From NCBI GenBank assembly GCA_049975385.1, contig JBNGDO010000006.1:935-58782 (forward strand): DNA of 57,848 bases, written 5' to 3'. The position numbers and the translations under genes were made by a program. Source of the stretch: Anaerolineae bacterium (GTDB lineage: Bacteria > Chloroflexota > Anaerolineae > B4-G1 > SLSP01). Below the pieces are notes generated by a model that made no database searches, was not told the origin of the DNA, and was given only the letters and a program-made list of their open reading frames with translations. Each line of letters starts with the position of its first letter. The first letter of the stretch is position 1. Shown here piece by piece: positions 9,092-18,637 of this stretch.

Positions 9092-10714
9092 ATGATCGAT
9101 TCACAAGCGCGCATCCTGGTGGTCGATGATGACCCCAAGATGATCCACCTGGTCAAAGAGGTGTTGGACATGATTCCCTGCGAGGCGCTGGTAGCGGTCG
9201 AAGGAGAAGGGGCGCTGGCGTTGCTGCAGCAGGAATTGGAAAAGGGAACCCCGGTCGATGCTGTGTTGCTCGATGTGATGATGCCCGGTGAAGATGGCTT
9301 CCGCATTCTGGAGCGGATGAAGGCCGATCCACAGTTAGGACAGACCCCGGTGATCCTCATCACCGGCCTGGACTCCATTCCATCGAAGACGCGCGGCCTC
9401 CGGATGGGGGCTGACGATTATATCATCAAACCTTTCGATCCCCAGGAATTGATGGCGCGCGTGGGGGTAGTGCTACGCATTCGCCGGACGGAGCAGATGC
9501 TCCGGCGACGTAATCAAGAATTGGCAGCTCTTGACGATATCAATCGCATGGTGTCCTCAAGCCTAGATTTGGATGAGGTGTTAGCTTCAGCATTGGAAGG
9601 CCTGGGGCGCTTGATCGAAACTGACGCGCTGGCCTTGGTGCTCAACGACGAAGAAACCCAGTCGTGGGTGGTGCGGACGGCGCGCGCGCAGTCTGAAGTC
9701 TGGCTTGAGGGGCGGGTTATTCCCGCTGATGACACTGTTTTGCTGGGTGTGGTGAGCGATGACCGCTCTCTGTTTTCCCGGGAAGTAAGTGAAGGCTTTT
9801 GGAATGAAGCGCTGAACTGCGCTCCTCTAGACATTCTGTGCGTGCCGTTGATGAAGGGCAGAGAGCGTATCGGCGCGCTGGTTGTTCTGAATCAGGTTGG
9901 GGAACTGGACGAGGAATCGATTCCGTTAGTAGAGCACCTTGCGGCGACTGTCTCGGTGGCGGTCCAGAACGCGTGGCTGTTTCAGGATTTGGAGTCCTTC
10001 GCTGAAGAAGTTGAGCGTTCCCAAAACCAGCTCATCCAGGCTGAAAAGATGGCTGCGGTCGGGCGTTTAGCGGCATCATTGGCGCACGAAATTAACAATC
10101 CGCTTCAGGCAATTCAGAATAGCCTGCATCTGACCCTCCATCAAAGCCTGGAGGAGGAAAAAAGGCGGCAGTTCCTCGAAATGGCCCAGCAAGAGGTGAC
10201 CCGTCTGGTGCAGATCGTGCGTCGTATGTTGGATTTCTATCGCCCCTCATCGGCGATGCAATCCCTGGATGTGAATCGACCAGTGGAGGATGCGCTGGCG
10301 ATTGCCGGTAAACGCTTGCAACAAGCGCGGATCGAGGTTGTGTCGCGACTGTCGTCGAATTTGCCCCCAGTACGTGGTGCGCCCAACCAATTGACGCAGG
10401 TGTTTCTTAACGTTATCATCAACGCATTGGAGGCTATGCCCGACGGTGGAACGTTGTGGGTTGGTACAGCCTATCATGCCGAACGCCGGCAAATCGTGGT
10501 CGCGTTCCGTGACAGCGGTCCGGGCATTGTACCGGAGATGCGTGAGCACATGTTTGAACCCTTCCACACATCTAAATCGACCGGCACAGGATTGGGGTTG
10601 GCCATCAGTTATGGCATCGTTGAGCGGCACGGCGGCATGATTGAAGTGGAAAGTCCTCCAGGAGCTGGGACGACTTTTATCGTACGTTTGCCGCAGCACT
10701 ACGAGGAGGCTTGA
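9092..10714 (+). CDS. Hybrid sensor histidine kinase (REC-GAF-HisKA-HATPase)
   Basis: ILVVDDD, LLDVMMP, KPFD receiver; GAF-like middle region; AHEINNPL H-box; QVFLNVIINA, DSGPG, GTGLGL boxes. Confidence 0.92.
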   Translation: MIDSQARILVVDDDPKMIHLVKEVLDMIPCEALVAVEGEGALALLQQELEKGTPVDAVLLDVMMPGEDGFRILERMKADPQLGQTPVILITGLDSIPSKTRGLRMGADDYIIKPFDPQELMARVGVVLRIRRTEQMLRRRNQELAALDDINRMVSSSLDLDEVLASALEGLGRLIETDALALVLNDEETQSWVVRTARAQSEVWLEGRVIPADDTVLLGVVSDDRSLFSREVSEGFWNEALNCAPLDILCVPLMKGRERIGALVVLNQVGELDEESIPLVEHLAATVSVAVQNAWLFQDLESFAEEVERSQNQLIQAEKMAAVGRLAASLAHEINNPLQAIQNSLHLTLHQSLEEEKRRQFLEMAQQEVTRLVQIVRRMLDFYRPSSAMQSLDVNRPVEDALAIAGKRLQQARIEVVSRLSSNLPPVRGAPNQLTQVFLNVIINALEAMPDGGTLWVGTAYHAERRQIVVAFRDSGPGIVPEMREHMFEPFHTSKSTGTGLGLAISYGIVERHGGMIEVESPPGAGTTFIVRLPQHYEEA

Positions 10715-11544
10715 TGGAGGAAATCCGCATTTTGGTGGTGGATGACGAAGCAGCCGAGCGTATTACCCTCGGTGAAGTCCTGCGTCTCGAGGGATATCAC
10801 GTTACGTTGGCGGCTTCCGGTGAGGAGGCACTCGCCATCGTACGGCAGGAACCCATGTTTGACCTGGCGATTCTTGACCTAAGGTTGCCCGGTATGGATG
10901 GCTTGCAGGTTCTCGATGGCATCCGTCGGATTTCTTCGGAAACTATCGTTATTCTTATTACCGGTTACGGCACGTTGGAGACGGCGGTGCAGGCGTTGCG
11001 CAAGGGCGCGTACGACTTCTTACTCAAGCCCAGCCCCGTCGAAGAGGTGTTGGTAGCCGTGCGGCGCGCGCTCTCCGAACTGAAAGCTGGGCGCCACCGT
11101 CGTTTGTTGATCAGCCAACTGCAGAATACGTTGCAAGCTCTGGTGGCAACGACGGATGGTTTGATGGGGACTGAGGCTCTATCTGAACAGGCACAGGACG
11201 ATGATGGCACTACTGTCGTCGGTGATATCCAGATCGACAAGGCTAAACATATGGTCACGTATCGCGGGCAACCAGTCGAACTGACTCCGACAGAGTTCCG
11301 TCTTCTGGAATGTATGGTTGCGCGGGTAGGCGAAGTATGTACACCGCAAGAGCTGGTACGCTGTGCGCAGGGATACGATACCGATGCCTGGGGGGCACGC
11401 TCGATCGTGCGGGTTCACATTCGTCGTCTACGGCGCAAGCTAGAACCTGAGCCTGAGAATCCACGCTATATTTTGAATGTGCGTGGGGTGGGCTATCTCT
11501 TTGTCTCTTCGCCGGAGCAAGCGCTTGAGCCGGTAGAGGATTAG
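10714..11544 (+). CDS. OmpR/PhoB-type response regulator (REC, helical linker, winged helix)
   Basis: TGATG overlap; ILVVDDE, LDLRLP, KP; LTPTEFRLL, VHIRRLRRKLE, VRGVGY. Confidence 0.92.
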   Translation: MEEIRILVVDDEAAERITLGEVLRLEGYHVTLAASGEEALAIVRQEPMFDLAILDLRLPGMDGLQVLDGIRRISSETIVILITGYGTLETAVQALRKGAYDFLLKPSPVEEVLVAVRRALSELKAGRHRRLLISQLQNTLQALVATTDGLMGTEALSEQAQDDDGTTVVGDIQIDKAKHMVTYRGQPVELTPTEFRLLECMVARVGEVCTPQELVRCAQGYDTDAWGARSIVRVHIRRLRRKLEPEPENPRYILNVRGVGYLFVSSPEQALEPVED

Positions 11545-11751
11545 GAGCGTGGCCGGCTCGCTAGAAATGGGCCGTGCCTTTTTTTCGATGCATGAGCAAT
11601 TTGCTTTACGGTGGGTTGGTGTTAGAATTTAATTGTCGTTGATTCCTTAGGGCCTAACCGCGCAGATGCTTGCACAACGAGCAAGAAAACGCGCGTCGAG
11701 AGCCTATTTGGTTCCGGCTTGTCCGGGTTAGGGAATCGGGAGGACAATTCT

Positions 11752-11919
11752 ATGGCAGATAAAGAAAATTTGGTGAAGATGCAGAAGCTACGCCGAACAG
11801 TCGATCGCTTGCGCAATATGCGCTCTAGCGGAGCGCCTTCGATTCGCAAGACATCCTGGTTCGCGCGACTAAAAGTTCGCTTAGGATTACCCCCTGTGCG
11901 GGAAGGTGCTGAGGAGTAA
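11752..11919 (+). CDS. Small basic hypothetical protein (55 aa)
   Basis: SD GGAGGA upstream of ATG; MADKENLVKMQKLRR...; terminator downstream. Confidence 0.5.
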   Translation: MADKENLVKMQKLRRTVDRLRNMRSSGAPSIRKTSWFARLKVRLGLPPVREGAEE

Positions 11920-11939
11920 GGCTGCTGGTTGGGCAGCTA

Positions 11940-11992
11940 GCTTGGCGGCCCCAAATTGTGAACTTGGCGCCGCCAAACTGTGAGCTTGGCGC
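11940..11992. repeat. Imperfect 22-bp tandem repeat (about 2.4 units)
   Basis: GCTTGGCGGCCCCAAATTGTGA / ACTTGGCGCCGCCAAACTGTGA / GCTTGGCGC. Confidence 0.7.
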
Positions 11993-12007
11993 AATCACTG
12001 GAAAATA

Positions 12008-12045
12008 ACAACAGCGCGGCGGTCCGCCGCGCTGTTGTCGTTTTT
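12008..12045. terminator. Bidirectional terminator between convergent genes
   Basis: ACAACAGCGCGGCG / CGCCGCGCTGTTGT stem; T tract on + side, A tract upstream. Confidence 0.75.
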
Positions 12046-12049
12046 GTGC

Positions 12050-13039
12050 CTACCACCACAGCAGGAACACATTTTGGGCCGATGTACTCAATCTCCCATA
12101 CGTCACAACGACGCGTACGACAATATTCGTGCCGGAGCGTCCTTCGTTGACGGGCAATGAGGCATTGGCAAAGCCTCGTTTATCTGTGAAAAGCGTTTGC
12201 GTGCTATCGGGAAGAATTCTGTTCGTGTTCATCTCACTGAAACTAATCTCAACCCGTGCGTTCTCTACATAATCGCCGTTGGTATCGGTCACCAGAACGG
12301 TCACCGTTTGATTGCGTTTTGCAGTCATCACCGAGTAGCGTAGCGACACCATAGCACGCAGCCCGCTAATCTCGGGGAGAGCGGTCTCCGGCGTTACGAA
12401 GATCGAATTGAGCGGACGTAATGCCTCCGGTGGCATACGGTGTCCATAGATGCCAATATAGACCTCTCCCAAATCGCCGATAATCACCGCGTTTCCGGGG
12501 TTATTGGGCTGCCATTGCAGCTTGAGACGTTGGAAGTACTGGACAATTTGACCTTCCTCAAAGTACATCTCTGTGATGGGGTAGCCGAAGATGTCTATTC
12601 CCCCGTTTTCATTGAAAAAATCGAGGAAGGCGTAGGACACGGTATGTCCGGTCTCAGGGAAAAAGACCTTGCGCCGTGAGCGCGACGTTGGCTCGGGAAC
12701 CGGAGGCTGCCGGTACTTCAACTCTTCCCCGAGTAAACCCAATTGAACCCTGTACGGAACTGGGTTTTCCGGATGCCATTCCATACGTGCTTTCTGGAAG
12801 TATTGTACCACGATCCCTTGATCCACGAATTCCTCGGTAAGGGGATAGCCGAAGATCTTTAATTCGCCGTACTCGCGGAAATAGGCAAGAAACTCGCCTC
12901 TTATCCAATGGCCGGTTTCTTCGAAGAAGAACTCATCCGCCCCCTCTTGTGTGAGACCCCTCTGTGGAGCAAAGAACCCTACCGTAATGGCGAGTAAGAG
13001 CACTACGCTTAATTTCCTGAAAACCTGTATTGATTTCAT
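12050..13039 (-). CDS. Secreted protein with two Chloroflexota-type FxETGH repeats and a C-terminal Ig-like domain
   Basis: Signal peptide; two repeats F(F/P)ETGH...IFGYP(L/I)TE...VQYFQ; beta-rich C-terminus. Confidence 0.8.
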   Translation of the reverse strand: MKSIQVFRKLSVVLLLAITVGFFAPQRGLTQEGADEFFFEETGHWIRGEFLAYFREYGELKIFGYPLTEEFVDQGIVVQYFQKARMEWHPENPVPYRVQLGLLGEELKYRQPPVPEPTSRSRRKVFFPETGHTVSYAFLDFFNENGGIDIFGYPITEMYFEEGQIVQYFQRLKLQWQPNNPGNAVIIGDLGEVYIGIYGHRMPPEALRPLNSIFVTPETALPEISGLRAMVSLRYSVMTAKRNQTVTVLVTDTNGDYVENARVEISFSEMNTNRILPDSTQTLFTDKRGFANASLPVNEGRSGTNIVVRVVVTYGRLSTSAQNVFLLWW

Positions 13040-13232
13040 ATTTTCTCGCCTATAACTTCAGTTGATGCGTTCCAATAATGTTTGGGTGTGTTTACTTGCG
13101 TTGTTGGGCTAGAATGACCCCATATATCATTTTACAACAAAATGAATGATAATGCAATCCCTTTTTTGGGTTTTTGTGTTGCAGTTTTGTGGCAATTTCG
13201 TTGTCTTTTGCGTCAGATTTTCGGTTTGGGAC

Positions 13233-13261
13233 TTGACATAGAACAAATGTGCGATTATAAT
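13233..13261 (+). promoter_or_regulatory. lexA promoter with embedded SOS box
   Basis: Consensus TTGACA-17 bp-TATAAT; spacer contains GAAC-AAAT-GTGC (13241-13252), one mismatch to GAAC-N4-GTTC. Confidence 0.85.
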
Positions 13262-13318
13262 AAGTTTGGGATAACTTGGGATAGTTGGAACCATGATGTT
13301 TCAGAGTGGAGGAGGATG

Positions 13319-13984
13319 ATGAAGAAGACGAAGAAGCTGCCTGAACGACAAGCCAAAATGCTTGCTTTTTTGGGAGACTACATCAGTGCCAATGGCTATC
13401 CGCCGACTGTGCGCGAAATTGGTGAAGCATTGGGTATACCTTCAACGTCCCTGGTTTCCTACTACCTCAGGGGGCTAGAAGAGCGCGGCTTGATTGCCCG
13501 TGAATCGTCAATCTCACGTGGTATTCGCCTGATCGCCGAGCCATATGTGCCGAAAACTGATGATTTCCTGGTCGGTAGTGCTGAGACGCTGTCGATCCCA
13601 TTTCTGGGCTACATCGTTGCTAGTGAGCCTATCCCGGTTGAGGCTCTTGCCGGTACTGAAACGGTCGAGATCAACCGCGCGCTCTTTGGCCGCGATGTCA
13701 CCGGCCTTTTCGCACTGCAGGTCCAGGGCAATTCAATGATCGATGCGCTGATCCACGATGGCGACACCATCATCCTGCGCCACCAGGAGCGGGTTGAGAA
13801 CGGCGAAATGGCCGCCGTCTGGTTGAACAACAACGCGGAAACGACGCTGAAAAAGGTCTACTATGAAGGCAATCGCGTGCGGTTGCAGCCGGCTAATCCA
13901 AATATGAAACCGATCTTTGTTCCAGCAAATGACGTGCGAGTCCAGGGCAAAGTCGTGATGGTGATCCGCCAATTGGCGAATTGA
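13319..13984 (+). CDS. lexA: SOS transcriptional repressor LexA
   Basis: GYPPTVREIG HTH; GNSM catalytic Ser; TLKK catalytic Lys; LQPANP; SD GGAGGAGG (alternative start 13316). Confidence 0.95.
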   Translation: MKKTKKLPERQAKMLAFLGDYISANGYPPTVREIGEALGIPSTSLVSYYLRGLEERGLIARESSISRGIRLIAEPYVPKTDDFLVGSAETLSIPFLGYIVASEPIPVEALAGTETVEINRALFGRDVTGLFALQVQGNSMIDALIHDGDTIILRHQERVENGEMAAVWLNNNAETTLKKVYYEGNRVRLQPANPNMKPIFVPANDVRVQGKVVMVIRQLAN

Positions 13985-13996
13985 CTCCGTCTTGTA

Positions 13997-14029
13997 AGGG
14001 TAGGGCAAGTCACCGGCTTGCCCTACCTT
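13997..14029. terminator. Stem-loop between convergent lexA and S8 protease genes
   Basis: AGGGTAGGGCAAGTC / GGCTTGCCCTACCTT. Confidence 0.6.
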
Positions 14030-17000
14030 CGTTTATGAATCACCGGCAGGTAGCACTGCCACGTTTCCACGTTCAACCAGAGCCGGCGCTCCCAACGTTG
14101 ACCGGCGCCGTCTTCTAGAATGGCATCCACACGAATTGGTTCCCCCCATCTCCACGTATATAGCAAAGGGGTGAACACGAGCGTTTCCCCGACATCGAGC
14201 GTGCCTTCCCATGTTGATGCTTCCCAACCGCTCTCAGAGGGCGGGATTAGCATCATGTTCTGTGTATGCCATATCTGCAATTTGCCTTCTGTTACTGCGC
14301 CCGGTCCGGCATTGTGCAGCGCGAACGTTAGTGACACCGGCGTGCGCACGCGCACCGCTGCCAATTCCGGCGAGAGCCATCCGCTGGCTGACAGATCGGC
14401 GCCTGCGATGTGTAGCGTGGCATCGCGGGCAAAGGTAAACCCCCACGTGGGCAGCCCCAGGGTGAGAGAGAGCGGGATAACCGAGCCTGGGCTGCCCGTC
14501 GTGGTGACGGCCCACGTAAAGGTCAGCGGTGTGTGCGGTGCTAACTCACCGTTCCAGCTTAACGTTCGTGATGCAGCCGCATACGTCCACGCGACGGGCA
14601 AGGTGTCTACAGCGAGCGTCACAGAAGTGGGCAGTGTGTGGGTGACGGTCGCCGGTAGCGCCTCTGAGGCATCGTTGCGGAGGATGAGGGTGTGCGTGAC
14701 CGGCGCGCCGGGTAGGGGCGCTGTCGGCGTAACCGTCCAATGGCTGGTTCCTAGCGGGGAGAGCCAACCGGCGCCCTGTGCCAGCAGCGTTGCGCGCGTG
14801 TCGAACGGTAGGGTTTCCAGCGGAAAAGCGTAGAACAGCGTCCATGGTTGCGATACAGTTTTTGTGGCGGCGATACCAAGCGGCTGTCCCAGTTGTCCGC
14901 GGATGACCGGAACGGCATCGGGCGTTGGTTCGACGGTATCGGCCCAGTTCCTGAAAGGGAAGTCCAGTTCGACCGGTCCCCATGTCCCGCTGGCGGGATG
15001 GTCTGGGACGCCAAAGGCGTGAGTCGGCTCGAGGGATTCATCCCAATGCAGCACGCCGAAGCGCCGTGCCAGTGCGCTATCCTCGTGGTAGTAGAGAAAA
15101 TCCTGCGAGGAAAACAGCAGTCGCCCACCGTCGTCGAGATAAGCCAGCAGATTCGTCGCTTCCTGTTCCAGAATCGGGGCGTACCAGTCGTAGCCGGTGA
15201 ACCAGATGGTCACTGGATAACGGCGTAGAATGTCAAGGCTGGGCGATCTTACGCCGGGTAGTCCCCCCAGGTTATCGGCGATGTCCCATACGTCGAAAGG
15301 AACGTTGCGCGCAGCCAGCGCGCTGATGTAGCGCTCTTCCATAGGATACCAGCGATCATCATCCACCAGAAGCACCGGCGCGGGCGTTTTGACCCGCAGG
15401 GTAGTCGTTGTCTCCGCTGTCAAAAAGGGTGAGGCTGCTGTCACTGTGAGGACATTGCTGGCGTTGATGCCACTTTCGGCGGGGATAGTGACGACGACAG
15501 TGAGCGTGATGGATTCGCACGCCGCCAGGGTGGCTGTGAGCGGTGTCAATGTGGCGGGCCAGGCGGTGGAATCCAGCGCCAGCGTGACGGGCGCGGTGAG
15601 ACCGCCATAGCCGGTGTGACGCAGGCGTAGTGTGTGGGTGACGGTCTCGCCCGGTAGGTCGATGTGCAGTGGATCGTTTAGGTGCCTAAGCTCGAGCGTG
15701 ACGGTCGGGGAGGAGGTCATCAGCCAATCGAGGCTGCGCGCAAGCACCGTCTTCCGCTGATCCCGCGCGGCAATGCCTTCGTAGCCAAAGGAGAAGAAGA
15801 TCGCGCGGTAGGGCGTGCAGACCGAAGCGCTCACGCCACCGCCGCTGCCATCGGTATATTGCCACAGCATTTCTGCTTTGTCGGGATCGCGAACTTCGAC
15901 CACGTCTGGCCAGGTTTGGTTATCCGCCCCGTCGCCTCCTTCTATCGTCACCGTGATGCCGGAGAATGGCCCCAGGCCAGTTAACTGCCGGACTGCCGCG
16001 TTATCCGTGACGTAACCTGCGCCGATGGTCTCACTCAAGTATGACTCCAGGTTCGTGAAGTCACCACCGCCATCGAAATATGCCACGTCTTGCCCGCTGA
16101 GCAGCAGTCGCCCTCCATTTTTAAGATAACCGTCCAGCTCCACGCCGCCGCCGACCAATGCCGGCGCACTTTTGGGCGAGGACCAGAGGACGATGTCGTA
16201 TTGCGCGAGGGTGGCGCTGGTAGGAGTTTCGGCTGGTGGCACTTTGATGTGCTTTTCGTCATAAGTGTAGGCGAGTGCATCGAGAGCGGCTTTCCAGTAG
16301 GAAGTCTGGCTGCCGTAGTACCACGCGCCCTCATCGACCAATAGCAGTGTGGGGGCGGGGGTGAGGACGAAGTCGCGGGAAGTGATCTCGCCAGCGACAA
16401 TACTGACGGTAGCGGTGATCACTCGGTAGCCCAATCCGCGCACGGCGACGGTGTAAATGCCCGCGGGCAGCTTGAGGCTGTAGTCGCCAGAAGTGGCAAC
16501 GGAAGCCGTGACCGGTGTGTTGAGAACGTCAATGCTGACGGTGCGCGTAGGCGCGGCGCCGCTCCTTTCAACGGTAACGTGGCCCTGTAGCGTGCCAGTG
16601 GGCAGGGGGATAAGTGTGAAATCGAGTTGTTGCTGTGTCTCGGTGAAGACAGGGACGTTCCATTGCGTGTTGGGTAGATAACCGAAGGCTGAGGCGGTGA
16701 CATCGTAGACGGTCGGGATCAGTGCGAAGGCGTAGTTTCCGGCTGCATCTGTGGTGGTATGCGCCGTGTTCCCGCTCGGATTGCGGGGTGTGGCGACAAG
16801 CGCAGCGTTGGTGATTCCCACCCGGTTGGGGCCAGAGACGTTGCCTGCGATCAGGCCCGCATGTGTGGCGATGGCGATCGCGCTGAAAGCGTCGATGCGA
16901 CCCCAACCGCTGTCGTTATTAGGCAAAGGAAGTTGCAGAGGGATGGCAGTCTCGGCGATGAGGTCAGCGGTCTCCGTGATGGAGAGCGTGGGATCGGCGG

Positions 17001-18327
17001 AGTGCAGCAATGCAACCAGTCCGGCGACGTGCGGTGTTGCCATAGAAGTACCGTTAGCGAGTGCGTAAACGCCGCCTGGAACAGCGGAGAGAACATTGAC
17101 ACCTGGCGCGATAACATGCGGTTTCACCTCATCCCACGGCGACGGCCCGCGACTAGAGAAGTAAACGACGTCATCATCGGGGTCACTCGCACCAACGGCG
17201 AAAACACCTGGATTGCTGGCCGGAGAGCCGACAGAGCCAGACGCGGGACCGTTATTGCCCGCTGCGAACAGCGGCAGGATGCCCGCTGCCTTTAGGAGCG
17301 CGATGTCTTCCGCAAAGGCAGTACTGGAAGTGAGGGATGAAGACCACGAGTTGTTGACAACATCGGGCGCTAATGCCGGGTCGCCGCCGGGCGCCAGCAA
17401 CCATTGGAAGCCCGCGTGAATCCAGGAATCGTAGCCGAAGCCTTCGCCGCTGAGTACTTTGACCCCGATCCACTTCGCCCCAGGCGCTACACCGATATTG
17501 CCCGCGCTTGTGGATTGCCCTACTGCCGTCCCCGCGACGTGCGTGCCGTGCCCGTAATCGTCGTAGGGATAGAGGCCTTCGTTGACAGCGTCGTACCACG
17601 AGTGTGCGTGATCTAAGAGTCCGTGACCCAGGTTGCCCCGGTAATTGCTGCTCAGGGCCGGGTGGAGCATGTCCACACCGGTATCCATGATCGCCACAAC
17701 AGCGTCCGTCCCGGAGATGCCCAGGGTGCTCCAGACTTCGGGGGCGCGGATTTGCGTCAGTCCCCATGTTGTTTCGCCGCTTATTACATCTTCTACGCGC
17801 ATCACGTTTTCTACGCCGGTCGCATTTTCTGCGGCGTCCGTGTTTTCCGGGTTGGTGAATTGCTCGGGGGTAATGTACTGCTCATAGTGATCGAGACGGA
17901 TTTCGGCCACGGCCCGCGATGCCATCAACTTGCGTACCAGTATGGGGTGGGCCGTTAACGCCGTCGCACGCACGATCCACAAATCTTGTTGCGCCAACAC
18001 CTCACCCTGGCGTTGGGCTTCGGCGAGGAGCGCCGCCACCGGTTCCAGGGCGTTGCTGAAATCTTCCTGAAGCGATTCGACCAACAGCGCGCGTGACGCC
18101 GTGTTCGGCGTTCTTGCTGTCGGCATGGCGGTACTCGCTCCCGATGGGCGTAGCTTCACAATGACGCGCAATGGCGTCTCTGGATCTGCCTGCAGCGCTC
18201 GCAGCACGTCGGGTTCGACGATAGGGGAATAAGATGCCGTGGTGACTGCACGGTTAGCCGCCGGGGCTGCTGGCCAAAGAGACAAGAGAATTGTCAGAAC
18301 AATCGTCATCCGCACTAGTTTTCGCAT
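14023..18327 (-). CDS. Large secreted S8 (subtilisin-like) serine protease with accessory Ig/carboxypeptidase-regulatory-like domains
   Basis: Signal peptide, prodomain; catalytic triad IMDTG, GHGTHVAG, GTSMATPHVAG; C-terminal YLPVIHKRR. Confidence 0.92.
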   Translation of the reverse strand: MRKLVRMTIVLTILLSLWPAAPAANRAVTTASYSPIVEPDVLRALQADPETPLRVIVKLRPSGASTAMPTARTPNTASRALLVESLQEDFSNALEPVAALLAEAQRQGEVLAQQDLWIVRATALTAHPILVRKLMASRAVAEIRLDHYEQYITPEQFTNPENTDAAENATGVENVMRVEDVISGETTWGLTQIRAPEVWSTLGISGTDAVVAIMDTGVDMLHPALSSNYRGNLGHGLLDHAHSWYDAVNEGLYPYDDYGHGTHVAGTAVGQSTSAGNIGVAPGAKWIGVKVLSGEGFGYDSWIHAGFQWLLAPGGDPALAPDVVNNSWSSSLTSSTAFAEDIALLKAAGILPLFAAGNNGPASGSVGSPASNPGVFAVGASDPDDDVVYFSSRGPSPWDEVKPHVIAPGVNVLSAVPGGVYALANGTSMATPHVAGLVALLHSADPTLSITETADLIAETAIPLQLPLPNNDSGWGRIDAFSAIAIATHAGLIAGNVSGPNRVGITNAALVATPRNPSGNTAHTTTDAAGNYAFALIPTVYDVTASAFGYLPNTQWNVPVFTETQQQLDFTLIPLPTGTLQGHVTVERSGAAPTRTVSIDVLNTPVTASVATSGDYSLKLPAGIYTVAVRGLGYRVITATVSIVAGEITSRDFVLTPAPTLLLVDEGAWYYGSQTSYWKAALDALAYTYDEKHIKVPPAETPTSATLAQYDIVLWSSPKSAPALVGGGVELDGYLKNGGRLLLSGQDVAYFDGGGDFTNLESYLSETIGAGYVTDNAAVRQLTGLGPFSGITVTIEGGDGADNQTWPDVVEVRDPDKAEMLWQYTDGSGGGVSASVCTPYRAIFFSFGYEGIAARDQRKTVLARSLDWLMTSSPTVTLELRHLNDPLHIDLPGETVTHTLRLRHTGYGGLTAPVTLALDSTAWPATLTPLTATLAACESITLTVVVTIPAESGINASNVLTVTAASPFLTAETTTTLRVKTPAPVLLVDDDRWYPMEERYISALAARNVPFDVWDIADNLGGLPGVRSPSLDILRRYPVTIWFTGYDWYAPILEQEATNLLAYLDDGGRLLFSSQDFLYYHEDSALARRFGVLHWDESLEPTHAFGVPDHPASGTWGPVELDFPFRNWADTVEPTPDAVPVIRGQLGQPLGIAATKTVSQPWTLFYAFPLETLPFDTRATLLAQGAGWLSPLGTSHWTVTPTAPLPGAPVTHTLILRNDASEALPATVTHTLPTSVTLAVDTLPVAWTYAAASRTLSWNGELAPHTPLTFTWAVTTTGSPGSVIPLSLTLGLPTWGFTFARDATLHIAGADLSASGWLSPELAAVRVRTPVSLTFALHNAGPGAVTEGKLQIWHTQNMMLIPPSESGWEASTWEGTLDVGETLVFTPLLYTWRWGEPIRVDAILEDGAGQRWERRLWLNVETWQCYLPVIHKRR

Positions 18328-18637
18328 AGTAAAACTCCTTACGCTAACGTTAAAATCCCCAAAATTTGAAGTTTAAATCCAAGTCCAGGATAAGGATTGT
18401 TGTTTGCGCTATTTTTCGCATAGTAAAATATTGTGATATGAAATCAAAATCCCAAAGTTGGAAGTCGAAAACCCAAAATGTGTTGAACTATTATACAGTG
18501 CTTTGGGTTGCCTGCTTGTAAAATAAAGGACAGAATGTGATCGCTATTTATTGGTTCATCTTTATACGTGGCGCGCTCTTTTGCATCGCCCACAAGTTGG
18601 GCTAGAATGAGAGTATAAATGTGATGGAGGCGGGTGG

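Noticed and set aside
11940-11992. Possible CRISPR mini-array
   Set aside because: Units are contiguous with no unique spacers, and there are no cas genes in the window.
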